From Longimicrobiales bacterium (GTDB taxonomy: Bacteria > Gemmatimonadota > Gemmatimonadetes > Longimicrobiales > Gaopeijiaceae), in assembly GCA_965248195.1 (NCBI GenBank), contig CBDFIQ010000002.1, forward strand, positions 3,168,001-3,232,000: 64,000 bases of DNA. Reading direction: 5' to 3'. This document shows, piece after piece, positions 28,416 through 39,899 of the stretch (its first letter is position 1; the number at the start of each line of letters is the position of its first letter). The notes below the pieces were generated by a model that searched no databases, was not told the origin of the DNA, and worked only from the letters and a program-made list of their open reading frames with translations. The position numbers and the translations under genes are program-made.

Positions 28416-29471
28416 ATGACACAGACAGCCAAGCCGTCGGTCCGACACCCGGGTCTCCAACGGAACAAGCTCGGGTTGACTCGCCGGGATTACGAAGGGA
28501 CCCAGTCGACCCTCTGTGCCGGGTGCGGTCACGATTCTGTTACCGCGGCGATCATTCAGGCGTTCTTCGAGCTCGACATATCACCTCACCGGGTCGCGAA
28601 GCTCAGTGGGATCGGATGCTCGTCCAAGACGCCCACCTACTTTCTCAGTGAGGCCCACGGCTTCAACTCCCTCCATGGCCGTATGCCGTCTATCGCGACG
28701 GGTGCAAATGCGGCGAACAGCGACCTGTCCTACATCGGGGTTACCGGAGATGGCGATTCACTCTCCATCGGGCTGGGGGGTTTTTGCCACGCGATCCGCC
28801 GCAACGTGAATGTACTTTTCATGTTGGAGAACAATGGTGTGTACGGACTGACCAAGGGTCAGTTTTCGGCGTCGGCGGATGTGGGCAGCACGGCCAAACG
28901 CGGTGAGGAGAACCAGATGCGTCCCATCGATCCAGCGTCGATGGCGCTGACCCTGGGTGCCTCTTTTGTCGCGCGGAGCTTCTCCGGAGACAAGAAGCAG
29001 TTGGTGCCTTTGATCAAGGCCGGGCTGACTCACCAGGGCTTCGCTCTAGTGGACGTGATCTCTCCGTGCGTGACTTTCAACGACCACGAGGGCTCCACCA
29101 AGAGCTACGCCCACACGCGCGAGCACGGACATGAGGTGGTGGAGACGGATTTCGTTCCGCTAATGCACGAGATTCAGGCCAAGCAGGATCACGGAGCGGC
29201 GACCGCGGTGACGATGCACGATGGGAGCGTCGTGCGGTTCAGATCGGTGGATGAGCACTACGACCCGACCGATAGGGACGCGGCGTATGCCCATCTCAAG
29301 GAGCTCCAGGCGCGGGGAGAGGTGGCCACGGGCCTTCTTTTCATCGAGCCCAAGAGTATGGACTTGCACGCGTTCGAGAATACGGTGGATCAGCCCCTCG
29401 TAGGTGTGCCATTCGAGAAGCTGTGCCCCGGGAGTGCGGCGCTGACGGAGCTACAGTCCTACTGGCGTTGA
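28416..29471 (+). CDS. 2-oxoacid:ferredoxin oxidoreductase beta subunit
   Basis: LCAGCGH, SGIGCSS, HGR, GDGD, NNGVYGLTKGQ and SPCVTFN. Confidence 0.92.
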   Translation: MTQTAKPSVRHPGLQRNKLGLTRRDYEGTQSTLCAGCGHDSVTAAIIQAFFELDISPHRVAKLSGIGCSSKTPTYFLSEAHGFNSLHGRMPSIATGANAANSDLSYIGVTGDGDSLSIGLGGFCHAIRRNVNVLFMLENNGVYGLTKGQFSASADVGSTAKRGEENQMRPIDPASMALTLGASFVARSFSGDKKQLVPLIKAGLTHQGFALVDVISPCVTFNDHEGSTKSYAHTREHGHEVVETDFVPLMHEIQAKQDHGAATAVTMHDGSVVRFRSVDEHYDPTDRDAAYAHLKELQARGEVATGLLFIEPKSMDLHAFENTVDQPLVGVPFEKLCPGSAALTELQSYWR

Positions 29472-29487
29472 CGCTGGGGAGACGGTC

Positions 29488-29928
29488 ATGGGAAAGTTGG
29501 AGGCGATCTGGCTCAAGCGGGTCCCTGGAGGGCCGATGGATCCAGTCGATGAGGCCGTTGCGGTGGAGGGCCGGGGACTCGAGGGTGGCGCGGAGTTCGA
29601 TGGCGCCCGGCAGGTGACGCTGATCGAATGTGAGGTCTTCGACCGTCTCAAGGCCGAAGTCGACGACTCCGTGGAGCCGGTGATGCGCCGTGCAAACCTC
29701 CTGGTGTCCGGGATACGGCTGGAGGATAGTCGTGACCGGACGCTCGCCGTCGGGGACCTACGGATTCGCATCCATGGCGAAACCCGTCCCTGCGGACAGA
29801 TGGAGGACGCGTGTGAGGGCCTCATGGACGCCCTCGATCCCCACTGGAGCGGTGGGGCTCACGGGAGCGTTGTGAACGACGCCACCATCGCGGTCGGTGA
29901 CGAGGTGCTCTGGGAGGAATCCGGGTAG
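29488..29928 (+). CDS. MOSC-domain protein
   Basis: RQVTLI, RRANLLVSG and ETRPCGQM motifs. Confidence 0.8.
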   Translation: MGKLEAIWLKRVPGGPMDPVDEAVAVEGRGLEGGAEFDGARQVTLIECEVFDRLKAEVDDSVEPVMRRANLLVSGIRLEDSRDRTLAVGDLRIRIHGETRPCGQMEDACEGLMDALDPHWSGGAHGSVVNDATIAVGDEVLWEESG

Positions 29929-29932
29929 GCTG

Positions 29933-31723
<1,791 letters not shown>

Positions 31724-31787
31724 CTATACGAAAACCGCCGCGGCGTGGGGCCGGACGGCCTTTCCGATGGTGTCTGATGCAATCATG

Positions 31788-31866
31788 CCGCGCTCCCTAC
31801 GCCGGTGTCAGCCGGGTCAGGTTCCAAGGGACTCTCTCAACCCTATTTTGGGGTACCCCTGGCGGT
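31788..31866 (-). promoter_or_regulatory. TPP riboswitch
   Basis: Minus strand ccaggggtaccccaaaatagggttgagagagtcccttggaacctgacccggctgacaccggcgtaggga contains the UGAGA, CCCU..GAACCUGA and GCGUAGGGA hallmarks, upstream of thiC. Confidence 0.92.
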
Positions 31867-31983
31867 TCACGAGAAAGATACTCGGACGGGTCTCAACCGC
31901 AAATCTCTGGTGAGGTGCCGGCGAAGTGGTCGAAATGGAGTCGAGAGTGGCCGCTTTCGGGCAACCCGGGATCCTGCACCACG

Positions 31984-32514
31984 TTAGGGGACTGCCCGAC
32001 TCAGCCGAGGCTGCACCCTCTGGGTGGCGAAAATGAACGTGTAGGTTTCGCCGAGGGCGAACTTGGCGTTCACGGGGATCACGTCCATGAGAGCCAAACC
32101 GAGGGATCTATCCGACGTCGTGATGGAAATGCCGATCAGCGCCCGCACCGTGGGGTCACCCGGCAGGCCTTGAGGAAGGACCCAATTCTCCCAGTCCAGT
32201 TGGTAACGGGCACGGTCGAACGAGAATCCCTCGGGAAGCCGACGCCGGAGTACGGAGGGCACGACCCCGGGACGCGCGTCTGGGGGCCAAGGGATGTTCT
32301 CAAGAGACAGGCGATTTGCAGCCCCCTCGACCACGCTGAACGTGGCTCTGACCTGCGTCGCCCGGGCTCGGGTCAGAATTCCCTGCATGGGTGGAATGGC
32401 GATGCGGGTAATGATGCTCAGGAGTAGCATCACGGTAATCGCTTCCAATATGGTCGAGCCGCGCAGCTTCTTCGTGCCGGCGCATCGAGTGCCGGTGTGT
32501 GGAGAGCCGCTCAA
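31984..32514 (-). CDS. Prepilin-type N-terminal domain protein (pilin/pseudopilin-like)
   Basis: LRG|STILEAITVMLLLSIITRIAIP resembles the G|xTLLE class III signal. Confidence 0.6.
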   Translation of the reverse strand: MSGSPHTGTRCAGTKKLRGSTILEAITVMLLLSIITRIAIPPMQGILTRARATQVRATFSVVEGAANRLSLENIPWPPDARPGVVPSVLRRRLPEGFSFDRARYQLDWENWVLPQGLPGDPTVRALIGISITTSDRSLGLALMDVIPVNAKFALGETYTFIFATQRVQPRLSRAVP

Positions 32515-33047
32515 TTCAACACCAACGGGGTCAGTACGCTCGCACCGGCGCCCACGAACGTGTCGAGCGGCTCGACCGAGGAGTACGAGAGTGTCACCCG
32601 CGCGGTCCGCCCGAGTATGCGGTAATCACTGTTCGTGAGCCGGATATACGCCATCCCTCGAAAAGCGGGGCCTGCGTCATCGAGTGCGAGGGGCACGCGG
32701 CCGGTATCGAGTAGGTACTGCTCGATTTTCTGGGCCTGGAAATACATTACCAGACGAAGGGCCGCCTCCTCCTCCTGCACCGGGGGCGGCCCGGGAGGGC
32801 CGACTCGAAGGACATCGGGAGGCCAGCGCCAAATCCACAAAGAGATTGCCGTGGCGATGATGAGGGTCAGATGCCGTAACCCGAATCCTTGACGCCGGAC
32901 ACGTACCTTTCGAGCATGCGCCTCGACCTCTTCTTTCACGGTCTGATCGCGCAGCACGGCGGCGAGGGCAGCATCTCGCTCACCGGCCTTACTGACCTCC
33001 ACTTCCGGAGGCTCGGGAGGCGGGTTCGGATCTATGGAATCGCTCAT
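32511..33047 (-). CDS. Hypothetical single-TM protein (pseudopilin-like C-terminus)
   Basis: Start re-called at ATG 33047. One TM segment followed by IEQYLLDTGRVP. The stop overlaps the next start. Confidence 0.55.
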   Translation of the reverse strand: MSDSIDPNPPPEPPEVEVSKAGERDAALAAVLRDQTVKEEVEAHARKVRVRRQGFGLRHLTLIIATAISLWIWRWPPDVLRVGPPGPPPVQEEEAALRLVMYFQAQKIEQYLLDTGRVPLALDDAGPAFRGMAYIRLTNSDYRILGRTARVTLSYSSVEPLDTFVGAGASVLTPLVLN

Positions 33048-33176
33048 CAAATCACTCAAATCGGCGTCCCTTCCACAGGGACCGATCCCTGAAAGGATTA
33101 TCCTAAAGATATGGGGTGAATTTCCGCAATGCACTCAGTTCATGGGCACGCGGACCCGGTATCTGTGAGCCGGCGG

Positions 33177-33249
33177 TAACGCACCAGTCTCATGTTCGGA
33201 GGCTAACGCGCCAGTCTCTTGTTCGGAGGCTAACGCGCCAGTCTCTTGT
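33177..33249. repeat. 27-bp tandem repeat (2.7 copies) overlapping the ettA 3' end
   Basis: taacgcaccagtctcatgttcggaggc / taacgcgccagtctcttgttcggaggc / taacgcgccagtctcttgt. Confidence 0.9.
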
Positions 33250-34909
33250 GCTTGAGGCGATGGGGCTGTTCAGCTTCCGGTCCAAGCCTCTTCCGCCGAT
33301 CCTCTTCATACTCTTGGTGGTTCCCCTCAAACCACACAGCCCGGCTCTCTCCCTCGAAGGCCAGGATGTGGGTTGCGATCCTATCCAGGAACCACCGGTC
33401 GTGTGAAATGACCATGACCGATCCCGCGAACGAGAGCAGGGCCTCTTCGAGCGCACGAAGCGTGTCGACATCCAGATCGTTCGTAGGCTCATCGAGCAGC
33501 ATGAGATTACCCCCTTCCTTCAGCAATTTGGCCAGGTGGAGCCGATTCCGCTCCCCACCGGAGAGGACGCCTACCTTCTTTTGTTGCTCTGCTCCCCGAA
33601 AGTTGAACCAGGACAGATAGGCCCTCGGATTCACCTCGGCCCGGCCGAACTCGAGGACTTCCCGTCCCTCCGCCACCTCCTCGAAGACGGATTTATCCGG
33701 ATCCAGGTCGGATCTCGACTGGTCGACGTACGCCAGCTTGACGGTCTGTCCCAGCCGGAGGGAGCCCGCCTCCGGCTCTTCCTGGCCGGTGATCATCCGG
33801 AAGAGCGTGGTCTTACCCGCACCATTGGGGCCGATGATTCCGACGATTGCACCCGGCGGAAGCGTGAACGAAAGACCATCCATGAGCAGGTGATCACCAA
33901 AGCCTTTCTTGACCGCGTCACACACAACGACGTCGTTCCCTAGGCGGGGTCCCTTCGGGATGAGGATCTCGGTGGTACGGAGCTGTTCCCGCTCATCCTG
34001 CGCAAGAAGCTCCTCGTAGGCGCCGATCCGAGCTTTACCCTTGGCGTGGCGTGCTCGGGGGGCCATGCGGATCCACTCCAACTCGCGAGTGAGCGAGCTC
34101 TGGCGCGCAGAGGCCTGCTTCTCCTCGACACGGAGCCGCTCGCTCTTCTGCTCCAGCCATGAAGAGTAGTTGCCTTTCCAGGGGACCCCCTCTCCGCGAT
34201 CCAACTCCAGAATCCATTCGGCCACGTTATCGAGGAAGTATCGATCATGGGTGATCGCCACGATGGTCCCGGAAAACTCACTCAAATATCGCTCAAGCCA
34301 AGCGACCGACTCAGCGTCGAGGTGGTTGGTCGGCTCGTCGAGCAGAAGCATGTCAGGTTCTTGAAGGAGAAGCTTGCACAAGGCGACTCTCCGATGCTCT
34401 CCGCCGGACAGCGTATTTACATCCGCATCCGGCGGCGGAACGCGAAGGGCATCCATCGCGATCTCGACCCGGCGGTCCAAGTCCCACGCGTTCGTCGCGT
34501 CGATCCGGTCCTGGATTCGGGCCTGTTTTTCGATGAGTGCCTCCATTTCCTCATCGGTCATCGGTTCGGCGAATTTCATGCTGACCTCCTCGAACTCCGT
34601 CAGGAGGTTCCGTGTCTCGCGAACGGCCTCCTCGACGTTGCCGCGGACGTCGAGCTCGGGGTCGAGCTCGGGCTCCTGCGGCAGATAGCCGATTTTCGTT
34701 CCCTTGGCAGCCCATGCCTCACCGAGGAAGTCTTCGTCCAGCCCAGCCATGATCTTGAGAAGTGTGCTCTTGCCTGATCCGTTCGCACCGACGACCCCGA
34801 TCTTCGCCCCGTGAAAGAAAGACAGCCAAATGCCCTTCAGAATCTCTCGCTTTGGGGGGACGATCTTACGGAGGTCCTTCATCACGTAGATGAACTGCTG
34901 ATCGGCCAT
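33230..34909 (-). CDS. ettA: Energy-dependent translational throttle ABC-F protein EttA
   Basis: Two ABC domains with no TM segments. Motifs [29 protein letters not shown] and THILAFEG. Confidence 0.95.
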   Translation of the reverse strand: MADQQFIYVMKDLRKIVPPKREILKGIWLSFFHGAKIGVVGANGSGKSTLLKIMAGLDEDFLGEAWAAKGTKIGYLPQEPELDPELDVRGNVEEAVRETRNLLTEFEEVSMKFAEPMTDEEMEALIEKQARIQDRIDATNAWDLDRRVEIAMDALRVPPPDADVNTLSGGEHRRVALCKLLLQEPDMLLLDEPTNHLDAESVAWLERYLSEFSGTIVAITHDRYFLDNVAEWILELDRGEGVPWKGNYSSWLEQKSERLRVEEKQASARQSSLTRELEWIRMAPRARHAKGKARIGAYEELLAQDEREQLRTTEILIPKGPRLGNDVVVCDAVKKGFGDHLLMDGLSFTLPPGAIVGIIGPNGAGKTTLFRMITGQEEPEAGSLRLGQTVKLAYVDQSRSDLDPDKSVFEEVAEGREVLEFGRAEVNPRAYLSWFNFRGAEQQKKVGVLSGGERNRLHLAKLLKEGGNLMLLDEPTNDLDVDTLRALEEALLSFAGSVMVISHDRWFLDRIATHILAFEGESRAVWFEGNHQEYEEDRRKRLGPEAEQPHRLKHKRLAR

Positions 34910-35004
34910 GCGTGCCGGAAGGCTGTGAAGAAATGGGGCGAGCCGCGTTAGGAGCGTCGACCCGCCTACGGCGGGCTGAACAATCTAACGGAAAGACCCG
35001 GCCT

Positions 35005-36252
35005 CTAAACTGCTACGAAGAGCCCCGTGGCGTACATGACGATCAGCCCGGCTACCAACCCGGCCGCGTTCAGCGGGCCCTTCAAGCCCTCTCGCCCACG
35101 GGAACCCATACTCCTGCCGAGCACCACGATGACCTGAACGATGGCTCCGGCGCCGATCGCCAGGAAGAGAACGCTGGCCGTCGGCGAGTAGGAAAATCCT
35201 CCGATCCAAGTGCCGAGGATCGTGGGAGCTCCCGCGATGAGGCCGAGAATCGCCAGCTTCACCAGCGACGGCCGCGAGCGGGCAAGCGGCGCCACGATGC
35301 CGAGCCCCTCCGTCGTGTTGTGGAGCAGAAACCCGAAGACCAGGCTCGTCCCTAGCGCTACTTCGCCGATCGCATAGGAGGAGCCGATCGCGAGGCCTTC
35401 TCCCAGGTTGTGAAGCCCGATCCCGATGGCGATCAGGGCGGAAAGGCCCAGAGGAGTGATCACGGAGTCACGCCGGCCCATGAGGCTGAAAGCGTGAATA
35501 GCCAGCGGCGTACCGACCACCCCCAACACAATAAGGCCGACCCCCTGAAACGCCGAAGCCACCTGGCCTGTCAAGTCCAATGCGCCCTCCAGCGCATCCA
35601 CCCCGAGGAAGAGCAGCAGGCCCACCGTGAAGCTCAGGAAAAAGTCCACCCAGCGTGGACTCACGCCCGCGAGAAAGGGAAGCCACAAAAGGCCCAAAAA
35701 GACAGGGATGACGCCCACGTATACGCCCAGAAGGGCGAAGGTGACAACATAAGACCGGGTGACTTGTGGAGACTGCGTGGCGACGGCCACTTCCTGCGTG
35801 AAGGTGACTCCGGTTGAGCTTACGATGGAGATGGTCAGCGGATCGCCATCGACCCATGGGTATGGGATTTCCACCACAATGTCGTCGAGACGGCCGACCT
35901 GGCGGTCCGGTGTGACCGTGTGCTCCCAGTATGCGTCGTCCACGATCACCTGCGCCACCGTGACCGGCTCGGGGCCGCCGTTGACCAGACGGACGCGGAT
36001 CAGGCCGGCCTCGGGGAAGGCGATCCGCTCGAAGGTGAGTTCCTCGATCGGTGGAAACGCCGCCCGGAATACGCCGATGGGCCCGATGCGCACGAAAACG
36101 GCCAGGAGGGCTGCCAGCAAGAGCAGTGGGAGCACGCCCTTGGCGGCCAGGGCCATACGCCCCTGGGGAGCCGGGCGGGCAGGCACATCGGACTGAACGG
36201 CGCCGGTGGGCTGACCGTCACTCGTATCCGTGATGCTCGTGGGGGGGGTCAA
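35005..36252 (-). CDS. ZIP-family metal transporter with N-terminal extracytoplasmic domain
   Basis: GIGLHNLGEGLAIG and LLHNTTEG motifs. Probable TTG start overlaps the multicopper oxidase stop. Confidence 0.85.
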   Translation of the reverse strand: MTPPTSITDTSDGQPTGAVQSDVPARPAPQGRMALAAKGVLPLLLLAALLAVFVRIGPIGVFRAAFPPIEELTFERIAFPEAGLIRVRLVNGGPEPVTVAQVIVDDAYWEHTVTPDRQVGRLDDIVVEIPYPWVDGDPLTISIVSSTGVTFTQEVAVATQSPQVTRSYVVTFALLGVYVGVIPVFLGLLWLPFLAGVSPRWVDFFLSFTVGLLLFLGVDALEGALDLTGQVASAFQGVGLIVLGVVGTPLAIHAFSLMGRRDSVITPLGLSALIAIGIGLHNLGEGLAIGSSYAIGEVALGTSLVFGFLLHNTTEGLGIVAPLARSRPSLVKLAILGLIAGAPTILGTWIGGFSYSPTASVLFLAIGAGAIVQVIVVLGRSMGSRGREGLKGPLNAAGLVAGLIVMYATGLFVAV

Positions 36253-37301
36253 ACTACCGTACGGGGCTTGACGTCGAAGATCCCCATCCACCCGAGCTCG
36301 GCGAACTCGCTCTGGTGCGCATGGAACATGTACTTCCCGGGGTGATCGTAAGTGAACTCGAGGACGGCGCGTTCGCCCTGGCATAACATCACGGTGTCGG
36401 TCCATTCGTATCGTTCGAGATCCGTCCCGGTGCGGTAGAGGCGAAAGAAATTGCCGTGCAGGTGGAAGGAGTTCAGCAGATCGAACTCGGTCATGTTGCC
36501 GAGGTAGACCCGCACCAGCTCCCCCTGCTCTATTTCGATCGGATGTCTCTGGTAATGGTGGGCCACCGTGTTTACGGCGTAGACCTCGTTGTCGCCGTCG
36601 AAGTTGGTATCGAAGCCGTTCATCAGCATCAGCAATTCGTTGGCTTCTGGCCTTCCCTCCGGCGGATCCACGATGAAAGCACCATACAGGCCCTTATGCA
36701 CATGACGCTTCAAGGGAATGGAGTGGCAGTGATAAAGGTGGAACCCCATCGGGGCCGCGTCGAACTCGTATACGAAACTCTCCCCCGGCCCGACCGTTTC
36801 GAAAACGCCGTCCATCTCAGCGGCGTGGACACCGTGGAAGTGGATCGTGTGCGGGTGACTTCCCGCGTTGGTGAAGTTCACCTTCAGCCGATCGCCTTGG
36901 GTGCAACGGATCGTCGGTCCCGGGACCGTCCCGTTGTAGGTCCACGCCGCGAAATATACACCCGGCGCCACCTCGATCTCCCGGTCCACCGCGGTGATTT
37001 CGTATTCCCGCTTAATCTGGCCGTCCGGGAGCGTTGATACGCGGCCGTAGTCGAAAGTCTTGAGAAAGGCGGTGGCATCGAATCCGTGCGGATTCACGTC
37101 ACCGTCAGCTCCCGCGAGCCCTTGGTCGTGGGCTCCGCCGGCTCCGCTGAGCGTCGGCTCTTCGTCCCCCGGCCCAATTCCAGCCAGTGCTCCCCCCCCC
37201 GCCGCCAGGCCCACCGCTCCGGCCACTCCCGATCTCAGAAGGTCACGACGTGAGATTCCCGGCTGGGCTTGGCCACCTGATTCGTCTTGTCTGTCCGCCA
37301 T
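36249..37301 (-). CDS. Tat-exported two-domain multicopper oxidase
   Basis: SRRDLL Tat motif, with HTIHFHG, YHCHSIPLKRHVHKGLYG, FHLHG and FHAH copper motifs. Confidence 0.88.
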   Translation of the reverse strand: MADRQDESGGQAQPGISRRDLLRSGVAGAVGLAAGGGALAGIGPGDEEPTLSGAGGAHDQGLAGADGDVNPHGFDATAFLKTFDYGRVSTLPDGQIKREYEITAVDREIEVAPGVYFAAWTYNGTVPGPTIRCTQGDRLKVNFTNAGSHPHTIHFHGVHAAEMDGVFETVGPGESFVYEFDAAPMGFHLYHCHSIPLKRHVHKGLYGAFIVDPPEGRPEANELLMLMNGFDTNFDGDNEVYAVNTVAHHYQRHPIEIEQGELVRVYLGNMTEFDLLNSFHLHGNFFRLYRTGTDLERYEWTDTVMLCQGERAVLEFTYDHPGKYMFHAHQSEFAELGWMGIFDVKPRTVV

Positions 37302-37332
37302 GCGGCTGCCTTGATTGAGGTTGCCCCAATAT

Positions 37333-37355
37333 AAAATTTAGGTTTGCCTAATTTT
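37333..37355. promoter_or_regulatory. DtxR/MntR/SirR-type operator palindrome
   Basis: aaaatTTAGGtttgCCTAAtttt in an AT-rich patch ~35 bp upstream of the oxidase start. Confidence 0.7.
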
Positions 37356-37468
37356 GAAGGAAAAGAGCCGCATGTCAAGATTGTCTCATTGAAAGTCGGG
37401 CGATTCGATGTAGACTCGACTGGACGCGAGGCGACATAAGGCGGACGTGTAGACAATCAGGAGTCCGG

Positions 37469-38737
37469 ATGATCGGGATCGTTGGGGGCGGAATCTCGGG
37501 CTTGGTTCTCGCCTACGAGCTTCGCCGTTTGGGTGTCGACGTCACTGTCTGGGAGGCGGCGAGCGTTCCGGGCGGGGTAATGCGATCCCAACTTCACGGG
37601 GATCTCGTCCTGGAGTTGGGTCCGCAAAGGGCGCGACTGAGCGATCCGTTCCGGCGGCTCGTCGAGAGCGTGGGGCTGACCGGCGAGTTGGTTACGGCAC
37701 CCACGGATCTCCCGCTCTACGTGTATCATCGGGGCCGACTTCGGCAGGCGCCCTTGTCGCTTTCTCAGGCGGTGACCACGGATCTTCTTCCTTTGTGGAC
37801 CAAGGCGCGGGTGCTTGTCGAGCCCTTCACCGCGGGCCCGAGGGTGGGCGAACATGTGGGCCCCTTCTTGAGAAGGAAGTTCGGCAGTGTCACGTATCGA
37901 GCCCTATTGGGGCCCCTCTATGGTGGCCTCTACGCGTCCGATCCGGATCGCATGCCGGTAAGGCACGCGCTCCAAAGGACACTGGTGGAGCTTGGTGTCG
38001 AGAGGAGTATTCTGTGGCGGATGTTCCGTGGCGCGGCACGGGCGGCCGAGGCCGCGCCCTGCACTTTCCGGAACGGATTGGGGTCGCTTCCGCTTGCGAT
38101 AGCCGAGAAGCTGGAGGGAAGCCTCCAGCTGGAGACTCCAGTGCGGGCGCTGGTGAGGGCGGCTGCCGGGTGGGATGTTACCGTGGATGGCGCCGAAGCG
38201 GTGCGGGCGGATGCGGTCGTCTTGACGTGTCCCTCCGATGTGTCCGCTCGCCTCCTCGGTGGCACCTATCCGAGGGAGGAGGCGTGGCTGTCCGCTCTTC
38301 GGTACAACCGTCTCGCGCTCGTTTATCTCAGGGCCGAGACCAAGCTCCATGGCCTCGGATATCAGGTGGCGTTCGGGGAATCTCTCGAAACGAGGGGTGT
38401 GACGTGGAACGCCAGTCTATTTGGGCGGCCCGGCCTCTATACGGCGTATTTGGGCGGCATGAAGAACCCGGCGCTTTGTGACTGGGACGATGGCCGGATC
38501 GCCGAAATCGCCTGTGAAGAGTTCGAAGTTGCCACCGGATACCGGGCGGAGGCGCTCCATGTTGCCAGGACCCGGATCCCTGCGTGGGACGAGACCTGGG
38601 ATGGTGTCGGGAGCGTCGAGTGGCCGCCGGACCTGCACATTTGTTCGAACTACACGGCTCGGCCGGGGATCCTGGGTAGGATCACCGAGGCCAAACGTCT
38701 GGCGGCGGCACTCGGAAAGAAATACCCGCTGGAATAG
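37469..38737 (+). CDS. hemY: HemY-type proto/coproporphyrinogen oxidase
   Basis: IVGGGISGL FAD motif, GGVMRS, LELGP and GGLYASDP. It lies next to the ferrochelatase. Confidence 0.85.
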   Translation: MIGIVGGGISGLVLAYELRRLGVDVTVWEAASVPGGVMRSQLHGDLVLELGPQRARLSDPFRRLVESVGLTGELVTAPTDLPLYVYHRGRLRQAPLSLSQAVTTDLLPLWTKARVLVEPFTAGPRVGEHVGPFLRRKFGSVTYRALLGPLYGGLYASDPDRMPVRHALQRTLVELGVERSILWRMFRGAARAAEAAPCTFRNGLGSLPLAIAEKLEGSLQLETPVRALVRAAAGWDVTVDGAEAVRADAVVLTCPSDVSARLLGGTYPREEAWLSALRYNRLALVYLRAETKLHGLGYQVAFGESLETRGVTWNASLFGRPGLYTAYLGGMKNPALCDWDDGRIAEIACEEFEVATGYRAEALHVARTRIPAWDETWDGVGSVEWPPDLHICSNYTARPGILGRITEAKRLAAALGKKYPLE

Positions 38738-38767
38738 CTCTAAGCATACCACCCTCTACGACCAGCA

Positions 38768-39802
38768 TCACTCGGAAGCGTTGAGACAGAACGTCGAGGG
38801 CGTTGCTCGGCAGAGGCAGCGGCGCAGGCCCAGTTCGCCCATGATCGGCTCGGGCCGAAGTATATCCTCCACGAGATCCGCGAGAAGCTCCGCGAACGCG
38901 GGATCGTCATGGGGAATCGGTATGCGGTGAAACTCGAGGCCGGCCTCCTCCGCAACTTCCCGGAGTTCGCCGTCCAACTCCGCGAGCGTTTCGGACTGCT
39001 CATGCATGAAACTCACCGCATCGACGATGACTCGAGCTGCATCGACCTCCCGGATTACGGTTTCGATCTCGGGAGCGGTCCATTCGATGTCACGGTTCGT
39101 ATGGTTCTGGTACCCGAGCGCGTAGTTGCTGATGCCGAGTTCCCGGGCCACGTTACGGCAAGCCTCCTCGACGTAATCCACGTACCGTGGACCGTCATCC
39201 AAGTACTTCACCGGCGTACCGTGAGCCGAAAAGACGAGTGTGGTGTCCGACGCGTGGAGGTCGACTCCCTCCCGTTTCACGTAGTCGAGAATGGCGTCCG
39301 CGCGGAGTCTTCGATACGCCGGGTGCCGATGCCAGCCCGTGATCTCACGGAGGGGCACGTCCCACGAGAGCTCGGTGACGGCGGCCTGAACGTCCTCCAG
39401 GGCCCCTATCGTGGTGGACCTCCCGCAGAGGGGGTAGATGGGGAGGGCCACGAGTTGATCGACCCCCTGGGCTTGCGCTTCGGCCACCGCCGCCCCGACA
39501 AAGGGCTCGGTAAACTGCATTCCCGAGTAACACCGGACGTCCAGGTCCCGCCGGCGAAGAATGCGTTCGACCATGCGGGCCTGCCTTCGGGCCTGCCGGA
39601 TCATGGGCGATCCGCCGATCTCCTCATATTCCTCGATGAGCCCAGGTGCCCTTGCTTCGGCGAGCTTTCGGGCGCGATTCTTCCCCTTATTGGATTCCAG
39701 AGATGAGTTTCGAGCGAAAATACGCTCCAAGAAGGGAATGACCTCCTCGAGCGTGGAATTCTCGGGTTCGCCGAAGTTCAGAATTAAAACACCGACCTTC
39801 AT
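38768..39802 (-). CDS. hemH: Ferrochelatase
   Basis: LNFGEP, IGGSP, FSAHGTP, WTAP and SFMHEQSETLAELD motifs, plus a Cys-rich C-terminus. Confidence 0.9.
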   Translation of the reverse strand: MKVGVLILNFGEPENSTLEEVIPFLERIFARNSSLESNKGKNRARKLAEARAPGLIEEYEEIGGSPMIRQARRQARMVERILRRRDLDVRCYSGMQFTEPFVGAAVAEAQAQGVDQLVALPIYPLCGRSTTIGALEDVQAAVTELSWDVPLREITGWHRHPAYRRLRADAILDYVKREGVDLHASDTTLVFSAHGTPVKYLDDGPRYVDYVEEACRNVARELGISNYALGYQNHTNRDIEWTAPEIETVIREVDAARVIVDAVSFMHEQSETLAELDGELREVAEEAGLEFHRIPIPHDDPAFAELLADLVEDILRPEPIMGELGLRRCLCRATPSTFCLNASE

Positions 39803-39899
39803 CGCTCAGGCGTCGGCGCTCCACCTAGGAGCTGGAACCCTGGCACCTGGACCCGTGCGTTAGCACGGATGGCGGCCCACTGTACCTCTTCAACACCCT

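Noticed and set aside
33177..33249. Possible mini-CRISPR
   Set aside because: The units are directly tandem with no unique spacers, overlap a coding 3' end, and no cas genes are present.
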